A DNA stretch of 64,000 nt from an uncultured delta proteobacterium (lineage in GTDB: Bacteria; Desulfobacterota; Syntrophia; Syntrophales; UBA2192), in contig CAWDHZ010000022.1 of assembly GCA_963802225.1 (NCBI GenBank), positions 66,915-130,914 on the forward strand, given 5' to 3'. Each line of letters starts with the position of its first letter. Position 1 is the stretch's first letter. The position numbers were made by a program, and so were the translations under genes. A model generated the notes under the pieces. It searched no databases. It was not told where the DNA came from and worked only from the letters and a program-made list of their open reading frames with translations. Shown here piece after piece: positions 10,321 to 19,309 of the stretch.

Positions 10321-11949
10321 TTATCCCAGAATTGCCTTCAGGTCCGCTTCCGGCGTCGTGATCGGCTTGATGCCGAAGTTCTTCAAGAGCACGTCGAGCA
10401 CGCCCGGTGTGATGAACGCCGGAAGCGAGGGCCCCAGGCGGATGTCCTTGATCCCAAGTGCGAGCAGCGTGAGCAGGATCGCCGCCGCTTTCTGCTCGTA
10501 CCACGACAGGATCATCGACAGTGGCAGTTCGTTCACGCCCACGCCAAAGGCCTTCGAGAGCGCCACGGCGATCTGGATGGCCGAGTAGGCGTCGTTGCAC
10601 TGGCCCACGTCCAGAAGCCTCGGGATGCCGCCAATGGCGCCCAGGTCCTGGTCGAAGAAGCGGAACTTCCCGCAGGCAAGGGTCAGCACGATGCAGTCTT
10701 TGGGAACCTGCTCGACGAACTGTGTGTAGTAATTCCTGCCCGGCTTGGCGCCGTCGCAGCCGCCCACCAGGAAGAAGTGACGGATCTTTTTCCCCTTCAC
10801 GGCCTCGATGACCTTGTCGGCCACACCCATCACGGCGTTGCGGGCAAATCCCACCATGACCGACTTGCCGTTTTTGTCCCCGGTGAATCCGGGAAGCTCG
10901 AGAGCCCTCTTGATCACCGGGGCGAAGTTATTGCCGGGGATGTGGGCCACATCGGGCCAGCCCACGAGGCCCGTCGTGAAGATGTTGCCCTTGTAGGCCG
11001 GTGTGGGCCGCTGGATGCAGTTGGTCGTCATCAGGATCGCCCCGGGAAACTCGGCGAACTCCTTCGCCTGGTTCTGCCAGGCCGTGCCGTAGTGTCCGAA
11101 AAGGTGGCTGTACTTCTTCAGCCCCGGGTAGCCGTGGCAGGGGAGCATCTCGCCGTGTGTGTAGATGTTGATCCCCTTGCCCTCGGTCTGTTTAAGCAGC
11201 TCCTCCAGGTCCTTGAGGTCGTGGCCGGAAACCAGGATGGCCTTGCCCTTCTTCGCGCCCAGCGAAACGGCCGTGGGGACGGGGTGCCCGTAGGCGCCCG
11301 TGTTGGCCGCATCGAGAAGTTCCATGGCCCTCAGGTTGACCTCGCCGCACTTGAGCACGAGCGCCAGTGCAGCCTCGAGCCCGAGTTTTTCATCGACAAT
11401 GGCCGCCAGCCCCTCGTGGACGAAGGCGTACACGGCCGCATCTTCCTGGCCCAGGATCTGGGCGTGATCGGCGTAGGCTGCCAGGCCCTTGAGCCCGAAG
11501 AGCAGGGTGTGCTTTAGGGAAAGGATGTCCGGGCCTGCCGCCGGGTAGTTCATCAGCCCCACCGTTTCCGCCTGGGCAATGAGTTCTTCCATGGTGCCCG
11601 ACGGCTTGAAGGTCATGGCATCGATAGAAAGATCGGGGCTTCCGCCTGAGGCCTTGACCTTCCCGATGAGCCCGTTTCGGTATTGTACGGCCTGTTCGAT
11701 CTGGGGGACAAAGCGCTCCGGGGTGAAATTCACATTGGTCAGCGTCGAAAAGAGCGCCTTCACCGTGAACACGTCTGCATCGTGATCGCCGATCCCCTTC
11801 CTCCTGGCCTCGGATGCAGCGATCGAGAGCCCGATGAGGGCGTGGATCAAGAGGTCCTGCAGGGCGGCAACGTCATGCGGTTTGCCGCAGACGCCCCCCT
11901 TCGTGCATGCCTCGCCTTTTGCAGTTTGCTCGCACTGGTAACAGAACAT
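10321..11949 (-). CDS. hcp: Hybrid cluster protein (hydroxylamine reductase / NO-stress protein Hcp)
   Basis: 542 aa. The N-terminus MFCYQCEQTAKGEACTKGGVCGK is the characteristic Hcp Cys cluster, and the protein is full length and intact. Confidence 0.95.
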   Translation of the reverse strand: MFCYQCEQTAKGEACTKGGVCGKPHDVAALQDLLIHALIGLSIAASEARRKGIGDHDADVFTVKALFSTLTNVNFTPERFVPQIEQAVQYRNGLIGKVKASGGSPDLSIDAMTFKPSGTMEELIAQAETVGLMNYPAAGPDILSLKHTLLFGLKGLAAYADHAQILGQEDAAVYAFVHEGLAAIVDEKLGLEAALALVLKCGEVNLRAMELLDAANTGAYGHPVPTAVSLGAKKGKAILVSGHDLKDLEELLKQTEGKGINIYTHGEMLPCHGYPGLKKYSHLFGHYGTAWQNQAKEFAEFPGAILMTTNCIQRPTPAYKGNIFTTGLVGWPDVAHIPGNNFAPVIKRALELPGFTGDKNGKSVMVGFARNAVMGVADKVIEAVKGKKIRHFFLVGGCDGAKPGRNYYTQFVEQVPKDCIVLTLACGKFRFFDQDLGAIGGIPRLLDVGQCNDAYSAIQIAVALSKAFGVGVNELPLSMILSWYEQKAAAILLTLLALGIKDIRLGPSLPAFITPGVLDVLLKNFGIKPITTPEADLKAILG

Positions 11950-11963
11950 GTGCCTTCTCCTTC

Positions 11964-12003
11964 CCTGAATTTATGCCCCTGAATTTATGCCCTGAATATA
12001 TGC
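11964..12003. repeat. Three tandem 13-14-nt direct repeats in the predicted hcp 5' UTR
   Basis: cctgaatttatgc (11964-11976), cctgaatttatgc (11978-11990), cctgaatatatgc (11991-12003). They lie immediately upstream of the hcp SD/ATG on the minus strand. Confidence 0.8.
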
Positions 12004-12023
12004 ATGGGTGCGTCTTTTTATGG

Positions 12024-12065
12024 TAAATACGACAGATCCGGCCGGAATTCCTTGATCCGGATCAA
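12024..12065 (-). promoter_or_regulatory. Class-II-type FNR/HcpR-dependent promoter of hcp: FNR box plus -10 hexamer
   Basis: Perfect palindrome TTGATCCGGATCAA at 12052-12065. The minus-strand hexamer TATTTA at 12029-12024 starts 29.5 bp from the box centre, which is the geometry of a -41.5 site with a -12..-7 hexamer. Confidence 0.65.
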
Positions 12066-12193
12066 AAAAGTAAAATATAATTGAAAAAGGGTAAAAATCG
12101 TTTTAAGTTTTAGGTGTTACGTTTTAGATAAAGAAGAAGAGTTACCGTGAGCAACTGACCCCGGCCGTGTACGGGGTTATCGAGGGAGCAGAA

Positions 12194-12229
12194 CTTCCCC
12201 CTTTCATAAAGGGGGAAAGAGGGGGATTT
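12194..12229. repeat. Palindromic intergenic element, copy 2
   Basis: cttccccctttcataaagggggaaagagggggattt. Confidence 0.8.
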
Positions 12230-12268
12230 CCCCTCTGTGAATCACAACCAACCCAAAGAACGGTTCTG

Positions 12269-12955
12269 ATGAACATCCAGAAATTCCTTTCCCATCTGCC
12301 ATTGTTCCAGGGGCTTCCCGTCGAGGAGCTCACGGCCCTCTCGGAGATCGCCGTCGACCGCCCGGTGAAGGCCGGCGAGATGATCTTCATCGACGGCGAC
12401 CGGGCGGCGGGGCTCAACATCGTCATCGCGGGCCGCGTCAAGATTTTCAAGCTCTCGCCCAACGGCAAGGAGCAGATCCTCCACATCATGGGCCCCGGTG
12501 AGCCCTTCGCCGAAGTCCCCGTCTTCCAGGGAGGGAACTACCCCGCTAACGCCCAGGCCATCGAGGCGGGGCGCATCCTGTTCATTCCACGCGATGGCCT
12601 GCTCGACATGATCCGCAAAAATCCCGCCCTGGCCCTGGGCATGCTGGCGGTTCTGTCGCGGCGCCTCAGGGAGTTTGCCGCCACGATCGAGAACCTCTCC
12701 CTGCGCGGGGTGCCGGAGAGGCTTTCGGCCTACCTTCTTCACTTAAGCGATCTTGCCGGCGGCGCCGGGGAGTTCGAACTCGACATCAAGAAGGGGCTGA
12801 TCGCCAATCTCCTCGGGACGACGGGGGAGTCGCTGTCGCGCGTTCTCGGCAAGATGACGCAGGCCGGGATGATCCGCGTGGGCGGAAAGAAGATCACCAT
12901 CCTGGACCGCGCGGCGCTTGCCGACGTGGCGGCGGCAAGAAAAGCCCTGGACTGA
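12269..12955 (+). CDS. Crp/Fnr-family transcriptional regulator (HcpR-like)
   Basis: ATG at 12269 (MNIQKFLSHLPLFQGLPVEEL...). cNMP-binding-like domain plus a C-terminal HTH with GESLSRVL (E-x-x-S-R recognition helix of TTGAT-binding FNR-type proteins). Divergent from hcp. Confidence 0.85.
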   Translation: MNIQKFLSHLPLFQGLPVEELTALSEIAVDRPVKAGEMIFIDGDRAAGLNIVIAGRVKIFKLSPNGKEQILHIMGPGEPFAEVPVFQGGNYPANAQAIEAGRILFIPRDGLLDMIRKNPALALGMLAVLSRRLREFAATIENLSLRGVPERLSAYLLHLSDLAGGAGEFELDIKKGLIANLLGTTGESLSRVLGKMTQAGMIRVGGKKITILDRAALADVAAARKALD

Positions 12956-12965
12956 GAGGAGCCCC

Positions 12966-14267
12966 ATGGAATTCCGTTACGGCCTTGACGACCGGCCGCC
13001 ACCCTTGGAGTGGGTTTTCCTGGGCCTGCAGTGGTTTGCGGTGGCCGTCCCGTCCATCATCATCCTCGGGAAGATCATCTGCACCGTCGGGCCGGCCGGG
13101 GCCTGCGACCCCCTCATTTACCTGCAGAAGATGTTCTTCGTCGCCGCCCTGTTCATGCTCATCCAGATTTTCCTGGGGCATGGCCTGCCGCTCATCGTCG
13201 GCCCATCGACGGTGATCCTCATCGGGATCCTGTCGAGTCCCGGCGCTCAGCCGGCAGCGCTTTACACGGCAATCCTGCTGGGCGGCCTGGGGCTTTTCAT
13301 CCTGGCCTGGACGGGCCTCTTCGGGAAAATTCGCCGCCTCTTCACCCGGCGCGTCGTGGCTGTTGTCCTTTTGCTGATCGCCTTTACCCTGACGCCGACG
13401 ATCATCCGGCTGATCACCGGCTCCGGCGGCGGCGGGACGCCCCGCTGGAGCGTCCTGTTTGCCTTCGTCCTGTGCCTGTCGATGCTCGTCCTGCACCGAT
13501 TCCTGGGCGGCATCTGGCGCTCGACGCTGATCCTGAGCGCCACCGTCGCGGGATCGCTCGCCTGGCACGTTCTCGGCCTGGGCTCCGCCGGGGCGCAGAG
13601 CGGCGGCACCGGGGCCCTCTTCGGCCTGTTCTTCACCGGCTTCACAACGTCGCTTTCCTTCGACCCCGGGCTGCTCGCGGCATTCCTCATCTGTTTTATC
13701 GCCCTTGCCATCAATGACATCGGCTCCATCGAGTCGATGAACGCCTTTGTGGGCGATGACGACAAGGGAGGAAGGCTCCGAAGGGGAATCGCCGTGACGG
13801 GCCTGGCCAACCTGGCGGCGGGATTTCTCGGGATCATCGGCCAGGTCAACTACTCCCTGAGCCCCGGTGTCGTGGCATCATCGCGGTGCCTGTCGCGCTT
13901 CGCCCTCGTCCCGGCTGCGCTTCTCATGCTCGCCGTTGCCTTTTCGCCTGCGGCCATCGCGGTCATGGAGGCCGTGCCTTCCGTCGTGGTCGGCAGTGCC
14001 ATGCTCTATATCCTCTGTGCCCAGATGGCGGCGGGGATCATGGTCCTGATGGAGGACGAACGGGGCGCCGGCTTCAACGGCGGTCTCGTGGTGGGGATCC
14101 CGCTGCTCGTGGCCGTCGTAGTGGCCTTTCTGCCCCGCGAGGTGGTCGCGACCTACCCGCCTGTCATCCGCCCTGTGGCGGGCAACAGCTTCGTGATGGG
14201 CGTGCTGGCCGTGCTTTTTCTGGAGCATGTCTTGTACCGTGACTCGAAAAAGGGGTTCGGCGGTTGA
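12966..14267 (+). CDS. NCS2-family (xanthine/uracil/vitamin C-type) permease
   Basis: ATG at 12966 (MEFRYGLDDRPPPLEWVFLGLQWF...). Polytopic membrane protein of about 433 aa with an NCS2-like N-terminus. Confidence 0.7.
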   Translation: MEFRYGLDDRPPPLEWVFLGLQWFAVAVPSIIILGKIICTVGPAGACDPLIYLQKMFFVAALFMLIQIFLGHGLPLIVGPSTVILIGILSSPGAQPAALYTAILLGGLGLFILAWTGLFGKIRRLFTRRVVAVVLLLIAFTLTPTIIRLITGSGGGGTPRWSVLFAFVLCLSMLVLHRFLGGIWRSTLILSATVAGSLAWHVLGLGSAGAQSGGTGALFGLFFTGFTTSLSFDPGLLAAFLICFIALAINDIGSIESMNAFVGDDDKGGRLRRGIAVTGLANLAAGFLGIIGQVNYSLSPGVVASSRCLSRFALVPAALLMLAVAFSPAAIAVMEAVPSVVVGSAMLYILCAQMAAGIMVLMEDERGAGFNGGLVVGIPLLVAVVVAFLPREVVATYPPVIRPVAGNSFVMGVLAVLFLEHVLYRDSKKGFGG

Positions 14268-14350
14268 GGCATCTCCTCAGTTTCCTGCCTGTCCTGCGGC
14301 CGCGGATTGTGATATAGGGGAGCCTCAATTCCACAGAAAGCAGGAGCACG

Positions 14351-14971
14351 ATGAAATTCTTCTCGAGCCGCGAGAAATATTATGACCTCTTCGAAGAGCT
14401 GGCCGACAAGCTGGTAGAGGGGGTAAAGCTTTACACCGAAATCATCGGCAACTACGAGTACTCGGAATTCAAGGTCGGCAAGCTCAAGGAGATCGAGCAC
14501 GAAGCCGACCACATCACCCACCAGGTCTACAAGAGGATGCACAAGGTGTTTTTGACCCCCATGGATCGGGAGGACATCTTTTGCCTGGCCAACAAGATGG
14601 ACAGTGTCCTCGATGAGATCGAGGGCGCTGCCGTGAGGATGTACCTGTACAGGATGAAAAAGCCGGCCAAGGAGCTCGTGCAGATCACGGCGGTTCTCAC
14701 CGAAGCCATCGCAAAGATCCAGAAGATCATCTTATCTGTGAGAAAAAAAGAGGACGCGCCGGCGATTCTGCAGTTGTGCGTGGAGATCAACACGCTCGAG
14801 AATGAAGGGGATCAGATTTTCCGGGCGGCGATGGCGAGGCTTTTCGAAGAGGAAAAGGACGCCATTGAGCTGATCAAGGTGAAAGACATCATCGGCCGGA
14901 TCGAGAACGCCGTGGACAACTGCGAGGATGTCTCCAACATCATCGAGGGGATCGTCCTGAAATACGGTTAG
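14351..14971 (+). CDS. DUF47 / PhoU-like (TIGR00153) family protein
   Basis: AGGAG SD precedes the ATG at 14351. Contains ...IEHEADHITHQV...TPMDREDIFCLANKMDSVLDEIEGAA..., typical of DUF47. Confidence 0.8.
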   Translation: MKFFSSREKYYDLFEELADKLVEGVKLYTEIIGNYEYSEFKVGKLKEIEHEADHITHQVYKRMHKVFLTPMDREDIFCLANKMDSVLDEIEGAAVRMYLYRMKKPAKELVQITAVLTEAIAKIQKIILSVRKKEDAPAILQLCVEINTLENEGDQIFRAAMARLFEEEKDAIELIKVKDIIGRIENAVDNCEDVSNIIEGIVLKYG

Positions 14972-15020
14972 CCGTTGACGACGGCCCGACTCCCCGGTTG
15001 CAGGCCATTTTCGGTTCCGG

Positions 15021-17064
15021 TCAGGGTCCTGTTTTCCGGGCAATGCAGGCCAGGTAGTCGTGCTTCACCTCAAAGGTCTTGCGCCTTCCGTTTCGCCGGC
15101 CGAGGATTGAGAGGAACTCTTCCGTCAGCCGATCCCGCGCCTTGCCGTCGATGGCGTCGTAAAACACCGTGCCGGCGCCGGATTCCAGGAGGTGATCGAG
15201 GACCTCCCGGGCACTCCGGTAGCGGAACACGGTGCTGCCTTCCCACTCGTCGATCACCTCAAGCCCCGCCTGTTCCACTGCTTCCCGGAGATGGGCCCCG
15301 TCGCGGGGGAAATCGAAGGCGACGCGCTTCGTCAGGACGAGGGGCTCGCGCGCAACGAGTTCCGAGAAGATCTCGAACTCTCGCCGCGGCGAGTTTTCCC
15401 TGTGTACGACGAGGGCAAGACGCCCGCCGGATTTCGAGGGCGTGCGAGGCGGCCTTGAAAAAGGGTGCAAGCTCGATGTAACCGAGCACCCACGTCGTGA
15501 AGATGAGGTCGATGCCCTGCATGCGCGAAAGGGCCTCGATGGCGTCCTGCAGAATGAAATCGACGGGGGCGAGGCCGAGGGCCGCGATACGTTTCCGGGC
15601 CTGTCCCAGCATCCCGGCCGAGATGTCGGCTGCCGTCACGCTTCCCCCGTTGCGGAGCCTTTCGGCAAGCAGCGCCGTTCCATAGCCCGAGCCGCATCCC
15701 GCCTCGAAGACACGCTCCGACCCCTTGAGCCCCAGCCGCCCTGCGAGATCCCTCACGGCCTTGCCGGCCACGGCAACCCATGCGTCGTCGTAGCTCCTGT
15801 GCACCCGGTTGTAGGCGTCGGCCAGCTCCTCGCGACCCGCCGTCTCGAGGGAGCCTTTCCGGATCCGGAAGAAGCAGGGCAGCGCATGATTTTGCGGCAG
15901 GTGATCCCTGCAGATGCGCTCCGAGACGTCGGGCGACAAAGGGAAGGGGCCATCGCCGGCGTGCGGGGTGAGCGTGCGGCCTACGCAGGCGGGCCGCGGC
16001 CGGGCAAAGTGTCTTCCCATGCGCTCCAGGATATCCTCCAGGGGCTCGAGGGTGATATTGCCGAAGGAGAGGGGCACGAGGTTGCAGGGGCACAGCTCGC
16101 CGCTGCCATCGATGTAGATATGCGTCAGGCCTGCGCCGCAGCCGAAGGCGTCCTTGCCCTCCAGGTAGGTGAAGGTTGACAGGACCGGCAGGTCATCGCG
16201 CCGGGAGATCTCCATCTGATAATCCCGGATCAGCTGCCGCCCGGCATTCGTGAGGGCGACGTCCTTGCGGCCGGCAAGGCGCCCTGTCGCGCAGGGCTCC
16301 AGGAGGTGCACTTCCATTGCCCCCGCTTCTTTCACGAAGTGCATGAAGGCCATGAACCGCTCCCGCTCCAGGAAATCGCGGGTGCCGACGGATACGACGT
16401 AAGGGTACAGGCCGGCCTCCCGGGCCGTCTCCAGGCCCTTCAGGGCGATAGCGAAGGCGTCTTTGCGGCCGCGCATCCCGTTGTGCTCGTTTCGATCGGC
16501 GCTGTCGAGGCTGATGCCGACGGCAAAGACGCCGCTGTCGCGAAGCTCCGTTGCCCGTTTTTTTGTGAGTTGCCACCCTGTCGTGCCCACGGTGATGCAC
16601 GAGCGATCGTCGAAGCCCCGGCAGATCTCGGCGAGGTCTTTTCGCAGCAGGGGCTCGCCGCCCGTCAGGGTGACGATGACGGCGCCCAGATCCTGGAGCT
16701 TGGCGGCGAGCCGCTTCAGGGCGGCAAGCGGGATGTCCTCGGGGCTTCTGCCGGCGTTGTAACAGTGCCAGCAGTTGAAGGGGCAGCGGTTTGTCACGGC
16801 GAGGGTCACCGAGTAGAGCCGCCGGTCTTGGTCGCGCAGAAAATGATCGACCAGGTTGTCGAAGGCACGGCCGGGCCAGGGCGGGAACTGGGTGTTGATG
16901 ACCCAATGCTTGCCGAAGGGGATGGCCTTCTCGCCCCGCAGATAGGTCTTCAGGAAATCGGCCACCTGCGGATGAAGCTTTGTCAGGGGCGGGCGCGTCG
17001 CCATCTTGAGGAAGAAATCGTCACCGCGCATCGAATCCTCGCGAAAAAGAAAGACCGGATCCAT
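15021..17064 (-). CDS. Radical SAM (CxxxCxxC, SPASM/twitch-like) enzyme fused to a class-I SAM methyltransferase. Frame-shifted as sequenced near nt 15435.
   Basis: CPFNCWHCYN cluster motif; GCGAGLTHIYIDGSGELCPCN auxiliary Cys motif; methyltransferase motif I VFEAGCGSGYG. ORF 15259-17064 reads ...FFKAASHALE, then goes out of frame. ORF 15021-15470 continues KSGGRLALVVHRE... (post-I motif). Confidence 0.8.
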
Positions 17065-17177
17065 CCGGTCATGGTAAGATACGAATATCGATTGATGAAG
17101 CAGAATGCAAGCCGTTTAAGAGAGTCCGGCATTGCCGCAGGGCCGCCCTGCGAGCACCAATTCATGGGGTACAGGCT

Positions 17178-17852
17178 GTGAAGCATGCTGTTCGGATTTT
17201 TCTGATCCTCCTGTTGTCCTTCATCCCTGTCGTGTGCGGGGCTTCTGTCGATGCGCCGCAGTGCCTCTCCAGGGAGCCCTCGGACTCGCTCGAGTTCGTG
17301 GCGGCGAAGGCGAAGCTCTCCGAGAAGGAGCTTCTGGCGCGGCTTGTCTATGCCGAGGCGCTCTCCACCGGTTTCGGCGACGATCCCCTCGTGCACGAGG
17401 CCATCGCCTGGGGGGTCATCAACCGCGTGCGGCTGGCCGGGCGCTCCGAGAGCATGAAGAAATCCTACGGCAGCGGCATCCGGGGTGTCGTCTTTAAGAA
17501 AGGGCAGTTCAACCCGGCCGTCTCGCCGAGATCCCCCTTCTCGCGGGATTTCCTGTGCCCGAAGGAGCGTACGATCTGGCGGCTGGCCGTGGCGGCAGCC
17601 GGCAAGGCCATGGCCGGGGAGCGAAACCCCCTCATCCAGACCCCCTGGGAGCAGGAGCACAGCCTCTCGCTCGTCGTGAACTTCTACTACCCGAAGTCCA
17701 TGCAGGCCAAGGGGCCTTACCCCCCCTGGGAGGGCGGGGGAGGGCTCGAGTTCATCGGTGATGTGATGATCGGCGACAAACTGCTGCCCGCCGAGCAAAT
17801 CCGCTTCTACCGCCTCGCCCGCCCGCCTGCGGATCTGCGTCCGGGGAAATAA
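17178..17852 (+). CDS. Secreted cell-wall hydrolase, SleB-like (Hydrolase_2 family)
   Basis: GTG start at 17178. Signal peptide present. Contains ELLARLVYAEA...AIAWGVINRV...GQFNP, characteristic of SleB-type hydrolases. Confidence 0.7.
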   Translation: MKHAVRIFLILLLSFIPVVCGASVDAPQCLSREPSDSLEFVAAKAKLSEKELLARLVYAEALSTGFGDDPLVHEAIAWGVINRVRLAGRSESMKKSYGSGIRGVVFKKGQFNPAVSPRSPFSRDFLCPKERTIWRLAVAAAGKAMAGERNPLIQTPWEQEHSLSLVVNFYYPKSMQAKGPYPPWEGGGGLEFIGDVMIGDKLLPAEQIRFYRLARPPADLRPGK

Positions 17853-17966
17853 TCCGATAAGCACATCGAGTGCAGGTAACAGGTTTTCTTTATTGTACTT
17901 CTCATCCTGTCACCTTGAATCGAAGAGAGCCGGCAGCATGGCGGCAAGCGCAAACAAGACGCAAGA

Positions 17967-19076
17967 TTAAAAGAGCCCTCCCAAACTCCCCGCGTAGCCC
18001 GTCATCTCCACGTAGCCCTCGCAGGTGACCTGCCTTCCGGCCGATGAGCCCTTTCCGTCCACGGCGCCTTCCCAGTAGGTGACGCCTGTGGAGCCCGCGG
18101 TGTTCAGTTCCTGGGCCGCCACGAGCGGCGCAAGCTGCAGATCGAGGCCCGCCGCGGGGATGCGGATCCGCCAGCGGTTGGGGTAGGTGCCGCTGCTTTT
18201 GGGGCTCTTCCAGGTCCCGAGGACCTCCAGGTTGATCTCGCCCCGTTTCAGGTGACGGGACTTGCCGTCGGGCTCCACGATGGTTCCCGAGGACTCCTTT
18301 TCCACCGTTCCGTCTTTTTTGCGGAGGAAAAAGAGCATCAGGTCCCTGCCGTCGGAGAGGCGGATCGAGAACCAGTCCCACCCGACCTGGTCCTTGGAAA
18401 GGACATTGGAGCCGAACTCCTGGTCGAACCAACTCGCCCCTTCCACCTTTACGGGCACCTGCGTATCGGGGGTCTTGATCGTTCCCCGCGTCGCCAGGTC
18501 CGTGAAGGAGTAATAGTAGGAGGCCTGTCCTTCACCCGGTCCCTTGCGGCTGAGCCCCTTCTCGCCCTGAAGGATCAGGGGTTTTCGCGGCTTGAGTTCC
18601 AGTGCAAGCTCCATCTCGCCGTGGTGAGCCCGGATCAAGATGCGATCCCCCTTCATTTTCGCCGACCAGCCGAGGTTCCAGACGTTCATCCCGTCCGTTG
18701 CGGCCCCGGAAAGCCCCGGGCCGGAGCGGGTGATCTGCTCGGCGAAGTGGAACCTGTCGTTGCGGACGTCAGTGACGGCAAAGTGAGCCGGGTAGAGATC
18801 GCGCAGCGACCAGGGGTTTTTCGGGTCCGAGGGCTTGATCCTCATCCCCTGGCGGAAGAACGTGAGCTGGTAGCCATATCGGTTTCCCGCCCCATCGCGC
18901 AGGTTCCCCGTAAAGTACCACCACTCGGTGCGAAACTCCGAATGCGCCCCGTGGTCCCGTGGAAAGCTCCAGGCGCGCGGCCCTGTCGCCTGTCGCCACT
19001 CGTCGGCGGCAAGCGCCGGCGTGCAGGCGAACGCTGTAAACACAGCGACGAGCAGTACGATGATGAATGGGCGCAT
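17967..19076 (-). CDS. AttH/CrtC-like (hydroxyneurosporene-synthase-fold, lipocalin-like) secreted protein
   Basis: Signal peptide followed by WSFPRDHGAHSEFRTEWWYFTGNL...YGYQLTFFR, the AttH/CrtC N-terminal signature. Lies downstream of an FtsX permease and an ABC ATPase. Confidence 0.8.
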   Translation of the reverse strand: MRPFIIVLLVAVFTAFACTPALAADEWRQATGPRAWSFPRDHGAHSEFRTEWWYFTGNLRDGAGNRYGYQLTFFRQGMRIKPSDPKNPWSLRDLYPAHFAVTDVRNDRFHFAEQITRSGPGLSGAATDGMNVWNLGWSAKMKGDRILIRAHHGEMELALELKPRKPLILQGEKGLSRKGPGEGQASYYYSFTDLATRGTIKTPDTQVPVKVEGASWFDQEFGSNVLSKDQVGWDWFSIRLSDGRDLMLFFLRKKDGTVEKESSGTIVEPDGKSRHLKRGEINLEVLGTWKSPKSSGTYPNRWRIRIPAAGLDLQLAPLVAAQELNTAGSTGVTYWEGAVDGKGSSAGRQVTCEGYVEMTGYAGSLGGLF

Positions 19077-19082
19077 AGGCGA

Positions 19083-19295
19083 GTTTTAAGTTTTAAGTGG
19101 TTAAGTTTTAAGTAAGAAAGACAGTTCCAATAGTTCTACCGCTGACGCTGGGTTTTAAGTTTCAAGTTTTAAGGTTTAAGTAAAAAATAAAGTTCCGTTG
19201 GTTCAATCAGTTCGGGATAGCAAAGATTGCTTCGTCGCTGCTGCTCCTCGCAATGACTGTTTCTCTTACTTAAAACTTAAAACTTGAAACTTAAT
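19083..19295. repeat. Composite intergenic repeat: two direct units of about 60 nt made of (GTTTTAAG)n tracts, plus an inverted arm enclosing a conserved GATTGCTTCGTCGCT...CTCGCAATGAC module
   Basis: Direct units at 19083-19140 and 19151-19210. Inverted arm cttacttaaaacttaaaacttgaaacttaa at 19266-19295. The inner module at 19219-19259 recurs at 45163-45196. Confidence 0.85.
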
Positions 19296-19309
19296 ACTCC
19301 GCGAAGAGG

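Noticed and set aside
9853-11517. 554-aa plus-strand ORF antisense to hcp and the ferredoxin gene
   Set aside because: Arg/Gly/Pro-rich antisense translation of an unmistakable hcp gene. There is no start context and it spans an intergenic repeat.
12167-12268. N-terminal extensions of track ORFs (12167, 10200, 12918, 24414, 44098, 47841, 50241, 53292, 56202, 60526)
   Set aside because: The extensions translate intergenic repeats or the 3' ends of neighbouring genes. Internal ATGs with SD-like sequences and family-typical N-termini were preferred.
19190-19215. tRNA-like T-arm motifs (ggttcaatc here; ggttcgac at about 48385; gttcgagtcc at about 38655)
   Set aside because: No acceptor-stem, D-arm or anticodon-arm complementarity surrounds any of them. 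Two of the three lie inside well-supported coding sequence.
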